Origin: Nageia nagi
Taxonomy: Eukaryota > Plantae > Pinophyta
Assembly (NCBI GenBank): GCA_050084985.1
Contig: JBITNC010000001.1
Coordinates: 171,926,001-171,990,000, forward strand
Length of the DNA stretch: 64,000 nucleotides
Direction of reading: 5' to 3'
Part shown: piece after piece, positions 26,221 to 39,720 of the stretch
How the letters are laid out: every line of letters begins with the position of its first letter
Numbering within the stretch: position 1 is the stretch's first letter
Notes under the pieces: model-generated
What the model was told of the DNA's origin: nothing
Seen by the model: only the letters and a program-made list of their open reading frames with translations
Database searches by the model: none
Position numbers and translations under genes: made by a program

Positions 26221-29200
26221 ACCTCCATTTCAAAGATCCATTTGAAAGTGTAAAATGGTAGTCATATAGCTTTCCCATAGAATCCATACAACTAGATGAT
26301 GCAATAATTTTCTATGAAGTAGAAATATCCCTTTGGATTAAAAGTGTACTTTAAGAAGTATTGCACCTTCCTTGAAAGGCAAGGGAATGGTTCCCCTTTT
26401 ATAAAGGCAATGGCTAGTGCTAGAAAGCATCTTACAAAGTCATAGTAACAATTCTCAATATACAACATACTTGTCCATTCATCCACTAGTAATTCAATCT
26501 TGTCATTGTCCCTTTGATTCAATTTTAGGGCCAAAAAGGCTTCAAGGTATTCATGCAATAACAACTAGCAGATATAATACAGATAATGCAATCATGTAAC
26601 CTTTTCCTATTTTCCAATCATCTAAATAATTTCTTCTTTATTAAAATGAACCAGTCATAATTATAATTCTAAAAATTATGAATAATTTAGGAAGCCAACA
26701 CTATGTGGCTTGCCTACAAAATAGTATTATCCTTTTATTCATATAGAATGATAATTAAAATTAGTAGTCTGCACATATCTAGTTTGAAAGTTGAAATCCC
26801 ATACTACTTAAACTTGTTGCTAAGAAGGATGATGAAATACAGATTCAACCATTGTAAAGAATATTATTCCACCTCATCTTCTTTAACTTATATTTTGACT
26901 AAAGGTTCTACTATTTTGGGTTGAAAGGCAACAATTAAAGCATCCTTAGACATGTCTAACAAGGGCTTTCAATCCTTCTTGGTGACATGAACTTCAATAT
27001 ACACAAGCTTATCTAATACTTTTATTAGCTCTGGAAAAGGGTGACATATTCTTAGGTATATATATAGAAGGATGATAGGATTATTATATATTAAGTTCCA
27101 TATGAGCATACTTTCTGAGGAAAGGGATTCTACTAGTTTGCTCTTGATATTTCTATACACTCTTAAAATAGTTGTGTCTAGGAAATTTGAATTCATATCT
27201 ATACAAATATTTTCAAGAAATTGTTGCTTACCCATATTGGCAGGAAAGAGTTCTTCAAAATCTTTGAACTAGACTTCTTTGGCTCAATCTTGGTTCTACA
27301 ACTTCAAATTTGGATCTTAATGCATGCAAGTAGATTTATTTTAATAAAAACAAAATGACTATAAAAATAATTAAATACACATCATATGAACCTAATTAAT
27401 CATAATCACTTCAAATATTGCTATAAGAGACTTCTAGGAAAATGTGAAAATGTACAAAATAAACCATACTAAGGAATACAAATTAAGGATTCAAATTACA
27501 TAATATACAAGTGTTATTGGACAACATACACTATCTATGTTAGAATATAATATTTCAAATGTTGGTCATTTATGATGATCAAAGGAATATACCCATTCAT
27601 ACATTACAACTCATATACATTCATTTGAATTTCCTGCACTATGATATAAGGACCTAACCATAGTGAATCAAATTTTCTGTGTCTGGTAGGTTTTTCTTTG
27701 TCTTTATCTTATTTTAAACCAAATCTCCCTTTTTGAATGAAATGGAGGATGAACACTTTTTTTCGAACCAACATTTGGCCACACTCTTTCTTTTCTGTAA
27801 TTCTTTATAAGCATTTTTCCTAAACTTTTTCTAAGTACAACAATTCAAGAATCCTTTATTCAATTGGGTCAATTTTTGGCATTTCATATTATTGAAGTAA
27901 TTTCAATATCAAAAGCTTGATATGTGTTGGTAATATTTCTCTTTTACCTTAAACCAAAACATAAGAAAAATTTCTAATTAAAAACTTGTAGGAAATTCAT
28001 CAACAATTCTTTTTAGAATTCAAAACAAATATTTGTTTGTAGACTCTCCCAAACTGTTTCCCTATGGGTAATAATTTGATAATTTTTCTAGTAAATTACA
28101 TACTTTAGGAAGAATTATGAAAGTCTCATTCCTAAGAATGTCATACCATTATCAAATAATATGGTTTGGGAAATACCAAAATGAGTGATGATTTTCTCCA
28201 TAAATTCCATAATGGTATCCTGATCTATATTTTTAGTTTTCCTCACTTCAATCCATATGGTAGAGTAATTAATAGTGAATAAAACAAACCTCTTACTTGA
28301 TGATGAATAAAGATTAATCATTCTAATGAAATCTAATCTCCATTGTTGAATAGTTTCTCAACCATGATAGGCTATAGAGGCATTGTTGTCATCCTTCTCC
28401 TTCCAACAAATCTATGGTATTTATCATATTCCTTAGCAATTTGGAAGGAGTCTATATAAATTAATGTCTAATAGTATCCACCTTTTAAGATTTTTATGGT
28501 TATGGTATATCCAAAAAAATGACCTTTGGTAATGCCTAAATGAAATTCATGTAATATCCTGGCAACGTCAAATGCTTGTATACCCCTTAGTAACATGTCA
28601 TCATCATTTTTTTGCACTAAATGCCTTCAATCATATTGTAATTTAATGCACTCAATTTAAACCTATGCCTCTAAGGGGAATTGAGGTTTTTGGGCAATCT
28701 TCCAATATTAAAATAGTTAAGAAGCTTCGTAATCCAACTTTGTTGATCTCCTTGTAGCTTTGTTTCTCTAATTTCATATTTTATTAGCATCATTTGTTTG
28801 GAGGATAAATCCAAAGCTAACTATTTATAGAGGGCTCTTCCCTTTATTACTTTTGTAGGCAAAATGTCTACATCATATTTTAAAATCTTTTTGATCCATC
28901 AAACTCTTCCCTCACTAAACTCCCCTTGCAAAATGCAATTTATTACATCTAGGTGAGTAGTAAGGACTAGAACTTTATTTTGAGATACATAATGTTCAAA
29001 CTTTATAATATCTTTCATAACTATAAATTCTTATTTCTCTATGAAACTATATCTCTCTTCAACATCATGTAGAGTATGATTAAAAAAGGCAATTGGATGT
29101 CCATCATGGTTATCTTATTTTTTATTCATTACAACAACAATGCTTCTCTCAACTCCATAAGCATATATGATAAATTCTTTGGAGAAATATGGAATTTTCA

Positions 29201-29824
29201 AAATAAGAGCTATCATGATAGCTAATTTTATATGTTCAAATGTGATCAATATTTGTGGTCAACTCAAATGGAATTTGATCTTTGAGTAATTATGTGATAG
29301 GTCAGACTATTCCAATGAAGTCTTGAATGAACCTTCCAACAAAATTTATTTTTCCCAAAAATGATTGTAACTTCTTTTTATTTGAGGGTATTATAAATTT
29401 TGATATTGTTTCCACTCTTCTTGGAATAATGGACCAACCTTATTTAGATATCACATGTTCCAATAATTTTCCTTCATTTATAGCAAAAATAGATTTCTTT
29501 GGATTCAATGAGATTCCAAATTCTTAACATTTAGTGAAATTTTTTTGAAGGTGTTATAAGTGATGCCTTTTTTGATGAGAAAAAACTATGATATCATCCA
29601 GATAAATCAGAACAATTTTATTTATAACCTCACCAAAAGCATGATCCATTTCTCATTAAAAAGTAGCCCTAATATTAGATAATCTAAAAGGCATCTATTG
29701 AAATGTGAATGTTCCCCATTTGGTTGTAAACATTATCTTGAACTAATCTTCATCTTTAACCCATATTTGATTATAACCTAAAAAACCATCAATGAATGAA
29801 AAGCATTCTATCCTAGAAATTTGT

Positions 29825-32259
29825 TGTGCCTGCATAATACACCCTAAACTACAAGATTTCGGGGATCCTATTTTTGCAAAGGCAATGAGGTGCATTGCCT
29901 TGAGATTGAATTTTGGTGATGGATAGTTCATTTTAAAGAGTGCAAACATGATATCAAGAAGCAATTCAAGGAGATCATGCAACAAAGACCCTAGAGAGTA
30001 TCAAACTATCCAATCACCAATTTTGCAACTAAGGAGCTAGGATATGAGAGAGTATCAAAGCATAATTTTTTGGGTCTAGAGTGAGGCCAATGGAGATGGG
30101 GTCTTTTTAGAGTTTGAGCTCGAAAATGGTAAGTATGAAAAAAAAATGCATATTTTGGTTAAGTTTAAGCTTAGAAAGCTTGGAAATGGCAAGTATAATG
30201 AAAAAGTGCATTTTGATCAGTTTTGAGCTCAAAAATGGTCAATATGATAAAAATGTACATTTTTTCATAATTTAAGTGTAGAAATGCCAAAATAATTACA
30301 AATACCAAATTCAGCTCAAAAATGATCGAAAATGTAGAATTTGGGCTCAAAAATGCTAGAAATGATCATTTTTTAGAGTTTGAGCTCAGAAATACCAAAA
30401 AATACATATTTGGTCAAGTTTGAGCTTGGAAATGGTAGATGTGGAGGAATATGAAATTTATACTATAGGGCATATTTTGAGGGTTTTAGTGATATCAAAG
30501 CCCAATTTTTGACACTTATGCTCCCAAGTATGACAAATGATGAAATGTTTTAGAGATAAATGCAAATGGTATCAAAAATTAAGTCTAAGACATCATTAGA
30601 GAGGTAAGGTTAATTCTAACACAATTAGGATTTGAATTTTTTTATTTTGACCAAGACTAAGGCACCCAAATCCTTGGCATAGTTTTTCAAGCCTATGGGA
30701 AATCCATAGAAGTGTTTTTTAGCACCTAAATTATGGGGAAAAAATGGAAATGCATTAAAAGATAAATATAAGGGCATAAATTGATGGAAATGATGATTTA
30801 AAGCATATTTAGGTCTCCATTTTTTTAAATTTTAAGTAAGTTTTGAGGCCCAAAAAGGTTGGCACTATTTTTCAAATCTATAAAAATCCAATGAAATGAA
30901 AATCAATGCCTAGCTTGACAAAATGATAAATTTTTGGCTTAAAAATCAAGTTTAAAGGCTTGGAGATAAGGAAAAGGCCATTCTAAGAAGGTTCAGGTCT
31001 ACAATTTTTTGAATTTGAGCAATTTTAAGCCTCCTAAAGGGTAGGCACTGATTTTCAAGGCTATGGAATTCTAATGGAGTGAAATCAACACCTAAGTTGA
31101 GGAAAATTGATAAGTTTTATTCAAAAATCAAGTTTGAGGGCTTCATTGCATGGAAAATGCCATTTAAAACACATTTAGGTATACAAAAAGGTGATTTTGA
31201 GCAAGTTAAGGCCCCTATAATCTTGGCATAGGTTTTCATGCCATTGGAGTGAAATATACCACCTAGATTGGAGAGAAAAGAGGAATTTTCCTCAAAAATT
31301 GAATTTTATGATTTCATTGCATGAAAAGGCACATTCTAAGCACATTTAAACTTTAGAATTTTTAGATTTTAGCAAGTTTAAGTGCTCAAAAATCTAGGAG
31401 GTATTTTTTATTCCTATGAAAATTTTTATTTTTTTTCACCAAAAAAATCCATAGACATGAAAATCAAAAATTTTGGTAAAAATCCTAAATCTTTCTTTAA
31501 ACCTCCTAAAAACCTCTAAATCCTCTGAAAATGTGCCAAATACCTTATAATACCATTCTTCATCCATCCATGAGCTCAAATCCACTTTTTTCCAAATTTC
31601 AGACCCTCCCCTATCTTTTTTAAAAAATAGACCAAAAAATCTTCTTAGAATTCCTTGAAAATTTGTCAAAATGATCACATCAAGGGAAAATCTAGATTAA
31701 AATAAAGGATCTCAAAATACTGATGAAAGGATCCAAAATGATGATTTGAAGCTCTAAACTTTTCTAAATTGATGCAAAATGCCTCAAAATTTGTACCAAA
31801 GGGCATCATTTTTTGTAAATATTTTATTTCTAGTATATATTAGTGGGATGAGTATTGTTCTCCCTCTAAAATGATATTATAATCTCAATTTAGCATTCAA
31901 AATAGAATTTTAAAGCTTTTTTAAGAATTAGGGAAACACTCTCAAATTTGACCTAAAAAGTCTATAAATAGACAATAAGGGGTCACTTTTTTAGAGAGAA
32001 TATTGTTAATGCAAATTTGTGGAAAATTGGTAAATTGATGTATCCTTGCAATTTTCACATGAATTTAATACAAAGTGGTGGAATACTTGAAACAAAGAGA
32101 TTGGTTATTTGTGAGATTATGTATTTGACCATTTTGGAGCTTTTTTGGATGGTTTAGAACCTTTCATGCTTTTCCTTGAATTTTTTTTGAATTTTAGAAA
32201 AAAAATTTGAAAATTTTTAAAAGTTTTTCAATCATTCCCAAATCGTTGTCTATCGATAA
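29825..32259. mobile_element. Nested ~2.4 kb repeat-rich insert in RT, probably a solo LTR of another family
   Basis: Interrupts RT between ...PLTMQ and ISRIECFSFIDG; starts TGTGCC; flanks TTTGT/TTTGC; internal tandem arrays. Boundaries approximate. Confidence 0.6.
30560..31430. repeat. ~180-185 bp tandem repeat, about 5 units
   Basis: Marker GGCA(T/C)...TTTTCAA.(C)TATGG at ~30676, 30861, 31044, 31225, 31398. Confidence 0.75.
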
Positions 32260-35200
32260 TTTGCATAGTAAGTGGATGTATTATAAGGATTTCTTCATTC
32301 TATGACATCAAATTAAATATACCCATTCGAAATAAAATTTATGCACACTTTTTGTGTTGTGTTTCCCTTTTGATTACATCGATCCTTCTTGCAAAGTACT
32401 AATAGTCAGCTTTGCTCCCCACTCCTCTTAAGAATATTTTGGAATTAGGTTATTCTATTTTTAAGTTGGAATAATTTGAATGATATTTTTTAAATGATCC
32501 AAAAGTAAGAAACCTTAAACATTGCTTCACTATAAATATCTTGTAAAGAGTTATGTGAACCAATGATATTTTTAAGTTGGAATACTTCGAATGATATTTC
32601 TTAAATGATAATTCTAGTAAATTCCTTCACTATCCCCTTGATTTATTTAATATATTGTAAAGAGTTATGGGAACCAATTTATAAAAATCTTTCTGGGGAT
32701 ATCTCAATCTCTTTATAGTTATTTTTATCTGCTAAAATTCTTTTCTTGATATGATCTTCTCTATCAAATAAGTTTTTAAAATAAATGACACCTTTTGATA
32801 GAGAGTTATTCTTTAAATAAATTATATCCTATTCATAGAAATATCTAGATAAGGGTTCTTATTTGTTAGAATAAATTAGTTATTGAATCAAGAACCTATT
32901 TATATGATCTTCATTTTTCAATATTTGTAAGAATATTTAGAATAATGGGTCTAAAGATGAGTTGAATACCTTTTCTATGAAACCAATGATAAATGGGATC
33001 AAACTTAGATCCTTTCTTGGCCAAGAAGTCAACTTCATTATTCTTCTCCCTTGGGATTACTTTAAAATTTAAAGCATTAAAACATTCTAGTAGGTCCCAA
33101 ACTTTGTTTTGGTATTTTTTTCTCAAGTAATGGTATTTTACTGAACATTTATCTGTCACTTGATTTACCATTAACTTTGAGTCATTAAACATTGTTAAGC
33201 ATTTGATTTTCATTTTGCTTACTTGTTCCAATCCTAAGCACAAAGCATTAGATTCAGTTGCATTATTTATGCACATACAAGTTAAACTAAAAGAAAATCT
33301 CTTAGTTCCCTTTATGGGTGATCTCAAAATAACTCTAGCTCTTGCTCAATCTTCGATTTTGCCCCATAAAAGAACATTTTCTATATCTTGATCTCTCTTA
33401 GATGACTCTGATAGTGCTAACATTTATAATTTGTACTCATAAAAGCAATAATTATTATGATAAATATCTTTAACTTGGTATAATATATCTTTTGAAACTT
33501 GATCAACTATTTCCAATTCTTATTGAATGGAATTAACCATTCTAACATCTTCATACAACATATTAGCTTGGGCTATTTTCTCAATACAAAAACTAGAACT
33601 AGCTTCATTCAAGATCTTGAAATTCTTATTATTAAAAGGTATTGTCATATGAGAATAATCCATGGCTAGATATCCACCTAATTTAGAGGTAAATTCTCTA
33701 GAAATGCATAGGCTAAACATGGGAGGGATATCCACTACTATAATATCTTGAATTACAGAGATGCCAAGATATTTATGTGATTTCATAAGGATGTATTTTA
33801 CTACCCCTATAGTTTTAACATTTGTTCCATCTAATTGAATAACTTTGGTAGCACATCTAGTATAGACTAGGCCTATGATATCAGATACTTTTGTGGGTAT
33901 AATAGTAATAACATCTCCTAAATATATCAAATAATTATGTATTATATGACCTTCTAGCTCTAGGGAAATGTAAAAAAGAGGGGATCTATTTTTTACCATA
34001 ACTAGAAATTTTGCAACCACTTCTAGGTTACAATTCCAAATACCATCCCTCTTCTTGAGGATTAATAATGATGCTCTAAGAAAATCAAATTTTCTAAGGA
34101 TCTATAGGGCATCAAATAATGATTCTTTTTAAGGAATCCTTTTCAACTCATTCACAATATTGTATAGGACTTTCTCGAAAGGAGATATCTCTTTATCGGG
34201 ATATCTTTTTATGAATTGTTGAGTGATCTCTTCTCTCATGGATTTAATTACTGATGGAAATATTAATTTTCTTACTACCTTTTCTCTTTCAAGATCTTCA
34301 AATTTATTGAAAAATTGAGTGGTCAACTTTTCTTGAGTTTATTTGGAAACATTTTCTTGATAAATCATTACAATATTGCTCATTAGTCTTTTTATAGAAT
34401 GTTGAGGATTTACCATAGCTATAGGTTGAGATTGATTTGATGATAGAGATTCCATATTTTGTTGAGGATAAAAGGGTATCTTAGCAACTTTTGTTTCCAT
34501 AGAAAGGTTAGCCATATCTTCCATCATATTAATCATAAAATTAGATTTTGAGGGATCAATCTCTACGTAGTAATATGTAGCTACTTCACCATTTATAGTT
34601 GATTAGGATTGATGTTGATACATAGGATATTTAGCTTGAGCATGGGGATCATTACATGCTATACATTAATCAAGATCTTGATAACTTGTAGTAGGGTTCA
34701 AGAAATATGAAATCTTTCTTATCTTTTTGATACCTGCTATGTGAGCATCTGATCTCTTGATGAGTATGGATATCATCTTTATTGTGCACCATCATTTCTT
34801 TGAAAAGAACCATCATATCTTTCATTATTATTATAATATCAATAATACAACCTTTTTTCAACCACTCTTTGGTTTGTTAAAGTTCATACCAAAGCTTTCA
34901 ACTCACTTATTTCATCTTGCATATTACTTTCTTGCTATATATTGTTGGTCAATAGAGGTGCTGACAATGCTAATTGAATAGGAGGGGTACATGAGGTAAA
35001 TTGAGCTTATGGGATAGGAAATGTATATCATACATTCTGTGCAAGAATTTGTAACTAGAAAATTCTAATAATTACCATTAACTATGGCAACATATTAGTG
35101 GGATATTATATTTGAATCAAATTTGGTTAAATATGAGGTGGAAAAGAGTAAACAATCCAAGTAGGAAATTTTATAACAGAAATTAAAGTAAACTTGACTT

Positions 35201-36149
35201 AGAGTGCACTTATATATATATATGGGAAATGATTTACTCTGATCATCTAGATTTACAAAGCTAGATCAGGAGAAAAGGCTCTAAGATAGTACATGATAGC
35301 CTGAGAGTCATGAGGTATCACATTTATGGGAACTCTTATCTAAGATTTATCAAATCACATATTGAAATATGATATATTTTCTTGCTCTTATCTATTGATA
35401 GTAGTAAATTACAATAAGAGGGAAAAAGGATGTCTAATCTCATTAAACTCTATAATGAATGGGTTTGCTAACCGAGCATATGTAGAGATAGATTTTGCTA
35501 GCAAAGCTCTAAACTAGTATAATATTCTTTCAATAAAATACATTACTAGCAATTTTAACATGGAATTTTCATGTTCAATATAGTGATTTTTCTACGTAGT
35601 GGTAATATCAACATAATATTCATGTTTGGTATTCCTAGTTCCATCATAATGTTGTAAAGATTGTATTGTTGATGTAGGTATATCATGATGTTGAGTTATA
35701 ACAAGCAATCTAGTATCATTCTAATTCAGGTAAATTTGAGGAGATGGTTGTTACACCATTGGAATTATGGGTATTATAGGAACTCCTTTGATATTGATAT
35801 TGATTAATAGGTTGATCATAGATTCTTATGAAAGTTGATCTTAATAATGTGGTATTAGGTGCAAGAGAAGAAGGGCTCACATTTGATAAGGATTTGGATA
35901 TTCTATAATATTACCTTGTATATGGACCAATACTTCACCATTTTGAAATAATTTCACCTCTTTAGCTTTAAATCTTGTAATCATGAAGGATTGTAAAACT
36001 AAAAAGAGAAGAATAACAAATATTTTTTCTAGGTTTTTCATAAAATGAATACTTACTTGAGGAGAGTCATCATAATAATTTGAATTATGAACTTATAAAC
36101 ACTTTAGGTAACTATCCTACCAATAATTATATAAAAAGGAGGTAAATAT

Positions 36150-37390
36150 TATTGATAGGATTTGTGTAATGATCACATGCCCATGTATCACTAAAAAAGT
36201 ATCCTCCTATTGAAAGAATCACTCAAAAATCTCTGGAGTTAGTTGATTCTACCTTTTTCAATTTGATCATAACTCTTATCAAAGGATAATTTGTAGAAAG
36301 AAATAAAGGATTAGGGAATTGAAAGAGACATAAAAAGGTTAGGGTGCTAGAAATAAAGAAACACTAGCAACCAACCCAAGCATCCATTAAAGCAAACCCG
36401 TGTTGGTCGAAGCATCCAAACTAATAGCCACCAAGATAACTAATGATATTCTAAGCTACCAAAACTTGAATGAATGCTTTATAGATACAAATCAATTATA
36501 GACTTAATTTAACATCCATACAGTAGATATATACATATAGCATAACAATTTAAGAATTGGATGAAATAAATTATAATTAAGAGATAAAGTAGCTCAATTC
36601 ATTAAGCATCAAGTAGAAAGTGCAAGCTACATCACAAGGGATAAACATCTGCATTTTTTGACCATTAATACATCAATCAAGGAGGCATATATATCCTTTG
36701 ATCTTCAAAATATCTAATCATAGAAATAATCAATTAATTCCTATGACATCATCTTTTACAATCAACAATAGCTCACAACAACTAAAAGGAACCTAACTAT
36801 AATGAATACAAAATCCAACTAATATCTTCTTGTCAACTCATTCACCAAGTCATCTTGAAAAATTCTTAGCATCAATGGATCTAGTTAAAGTTGTTGACCA
36901 CTTATCTTCTTTTCAAATCTCTAATTATAATCTTGGTGCAATTAGTTGGTGTAGAGGATCTAGTTTTCCTACATTCTACAAAAATTATTATATCTTCAAC
37001 ATTACTGCATTCTAGCTTATTAGAACAATTTTACCATATTTCATAATATCTTTGCACTCTAACAATGTATTTGAAAGCTCAATTTTCCTTATTTTTTGTA
37101 AAATCAACTTCATTGCAATATGATCAGATTCTGGCAATAATAAAGTTTATTCAACACTCCCACACTCTAACGAGGTTCATCTCTAGGTTTCGATAACATT
37201 AGTCACAACATAACATTTTTGCACTCTAAAAAAGTTAATCAATTACTAATATCTTTGAACCCCAGTAAAATTATCATCTTACTTAAACTTACTAAATATA
37301 AAACTTAGTATACTTCTTCAAACATACATAAGTAAGAGATACTACATTATACCATCTTATTATACCTTCCAAAAATAAAATGCATATATA
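36150..37390 (-). repeat. Tat element 1, 5' LTR
   Basis: TATTGATAGGATTTGTG...ATGCATATATA followed by TSD GAGAG. Confidence 0.92.
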
Positions 37391-37489
37391 GAGAGAAGCA
37401 ATTGAGTTGCAAGCTTCTGAAAATAAGTCTAATTCTTAGTTTATATCACAATTACATCAATTTATATCAACATTCTATTTCTTAATTCA

Positions 37490-37950
37490 TTTTTGCTTCA
37501 TCTACATGCCCAACATAGCCAAGAAGGTTAAGCATACATGTATAATATTTTATTGTAGGTGTAATATAATAATAATCATTCATGAATTTGAAGTATTGAT
37601 AGCTCTATTTCATTATATTTGCATGGTTAAATGGAGATAATACACTAACAAATGTAACATCATTTAGATTAATGACCACATATTTCATTTGTTCAAATAG
37701 TTTGATGTCTTTTGTATTCAAATAGTTTGATGGATTCCTTGTTAATATCATTCCTTGCATATCATGCACATTGTTAAATAAAAAACTTGTCTTCTTAATG
37801 TTTCCATATTTTAAATACATGTATATCAAGGTTTTTATCACAATTTCATGTGAAAGAAACCTATATCTATTTAATTAAACATGCCTCATTTTAAAGCTAC
37901 AAGAGTTGCACATACATGAAGAATACTTACAAAGGTTATTGAATCTAGTA
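37490..37950 (-). pseudogene. PPR C-terminal module copy
   Basis: ORF 37605-37841 TLIYMYLKYGNIKK...IKLFEQMKYVVINLNDVTFVSVLSPFNHA; paralogous to 18900-19360. Confidence 0.85.
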
Positions 37951-38769
37951 TGAAATCAAGAATGACTAATCAATTATATTTTTTGAAATTAGGTTTAATA
38001 TATATTTTTTAAATTGTAATCATAAGAGGGTAGTTTATAATCATCATATTATTCCATATGATGATGATTTATAATCACTCTGTTATGTTATATGAGGCTA
38101 GTTATAAAATATTGTATAATTTCCTATTTTTATACTAAATGGAAACATAACACAATGGCTTTTTACCACCATACTATATAATTATATGGTGGTATAAACA
38201 CACTATTGTATATACAATGAAGCTAATTTATAGAGGTAGTTTTGAAATATCCTCTTTTCTTCCAATATTTTTATAACATTGTCATATACAATCCATATAA
38301 AACTTTTGTTAAAGGTCTATCAAGATTGTTTAGAACTATCCTTGAAGCTTGATTTTGGTGTAGTACAATATGATAGAATGTTAAAAAAATTGGGGTCTCT
38401 ATAGTTACATAGGAACTCATAAAAAATCCCAAAAAACTATAGTGATGAAAATAATATGAATATATAGATACCTATGAACTATTTGATAAAATGTGAAACA
38501 TCTAAAAGAACATAAAGTATTAAAAATCATTTGAAAAGTTTTAGGATCGTATTATCTGAGATTTTAGCCCAAACAATATTGAATATTCCTTTATGGCTAG
38601 TATATGTTTACCTATTAAGAGGAGCAAGTAATTTGAATATTTATGTGGGCTTCTACATTGTAACAAACATAGTTATAAGACCATATTCATAGAAATGGTT
38701 AGAGAACTTAAAGGTTGTTAACATCTTAGGGATACTATTATTAACATTATTAGAATAATATTATTTAAT

Positions 38770-39010
38770 GTATAACATAATGTTGTTTATTAATGAAAAC
38801 TTTGCATATTTTAAAATATTGTTGTGTTAGGCATTGCTTATTAATGATAAATTTATGTATTTTGACCTAATATTATGGTTTACATTGGTTATTGATGACA
38901 AATTTACATATTTTTACCTACTCTTATGATTACCATTGGGTATTGATGGAAAATTTGCATATTGACATATTATCATGATTGGCATTGATTATTAATGAAA
39001 AAATTGATTG
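38770..39010. repeat. ~50-bp tandem repeat, about 5 units
   Basis: Recurring CATTGNTTATT(A/G)ATGANAAATTT(G/A)CATATT. Confidence 0.75.
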
Positions 39011-39454
39011 CATGATCAATTTATCTTATAAGATCATCATTGGTATTTAAAATATAATTTACTTAATGTAACCATTATGATTGGTATTAAATCAATAATA
39101 CATAAATGCATACATGGATTACATTGATACCCAAATGAATATATTATAGGCTTTTCCTATTGAGAAAATTATATACATTACATTATATTGTTCTAATGTT
39201 AGCACACCAAATATTCATAATAAGTACATCATATGATAAGTAGGATGCATACGTTTGAAATAGAATTATGATTTATGTAACTAAATGCATCTTAATATAG
39301 GTATAATGAAATCAATAAGGTATAATATGAATATGATATCTTAATATATAAGAAAATTAATATGTTTATAATTGTATGTTGAAATGGTTGTTGAAAAAAA
39401 TGTGTTTACCAATACCTATGCATTACATTATCAAATTTAGTGAATTAGTGACTT

Positions 39455-39720
39455 ATCTTCCTTGCTATAATCATTCCTTTAATATCATATAATCATTGTA
39501 GTCCATGAAATTGTTCATTCATAATGCATCTTTTCAAATAAAACTCTTGCCTTCTTAATGCTCCCACATTTTACATACATGTGTATCAAGTTTGTTATCC
39601 TAATTACATGAGAAAAATTTCTAATTATTTATCCATGAATGTTAATGCACATGCCCTATTTTAGAGCTACAAAAGTTGTACATTCAACTAGAATAAATGT
39701 AATATTTATTGAATATATTA
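39455..39720 (-). pseudogene. PPR module copy
   Basis: TNLIHMYVKCGSIKKARVLFEKMHYE*TISWTTMI. Confidence 0.85.

Larger units (their letters stand above)
21560..27300 (-). pseudogene. Extra sense-strand ORF downstream of integrase (interrupted by the 24480-26220 insert)
   Basis: ORF pieces 26969-27235, 26292-26564, 22982-23197, 22656-22985; homologous to 43074-46790 (YF.ENY..I.L.GF..KA..LPFY...W.F..EV, WSYD); K/E-rich coiled-coil C-half. Confidence 0.75.
27530..35650 (-). pseudogene. Tat element 1 gag-pol, degenerate
   Basis: Protease region 33520-34020; archaeal-type RNase H 32911-33390 (NNATESNALCLGL, DSKLMVNQV, PREKNNEVDFLAK); RT FIDGFLGYNQI and IYLDDI; integrase 28115-28321 (IITHFGISQTILFDNG); terminal WLGPY..NDQHLKYY. 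Confidence 0.9.
20246..37390 (-). mobile_element. Ty3/gypsy Tat-clade element (TatII-like order gag-PR-aRH-RT-RH-INT-extra ORF), with nested inserts
   Basis: LTRs 20246-21506 and 36150-37390; perfect TSD GAGAG (20241-20245, 37391-37395); minus-strand domains in order. Confidence 0.93.
16987..38365. mobile_element. Putative non-autonomous CACTA (Pack-CACTA) carrying PPR fragments; ~3.7 kb once nested insertions are removed
   Basis: Left end CACTAAAATAAAATCAA, right end (revcomp) TACTACACCAAAATCAA; inverted subterminal homology 17050-17210 vs 38130-38230; flanks CCA/CAA as an imperfect 3-bp TSD. Confidence 0.55.

Noticed and set aside
36133-36142. AAAAAGGAGG as a plus-strand PPT, implying LTRs inverted relative to gag-pol in Tat element 1
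   Set aside because: Element 2 has a normal minus-strand PBS at the equivalent place and no such tract. More likely a decayed or rearranged PBS region, though element 1's PBS is not recognisable.
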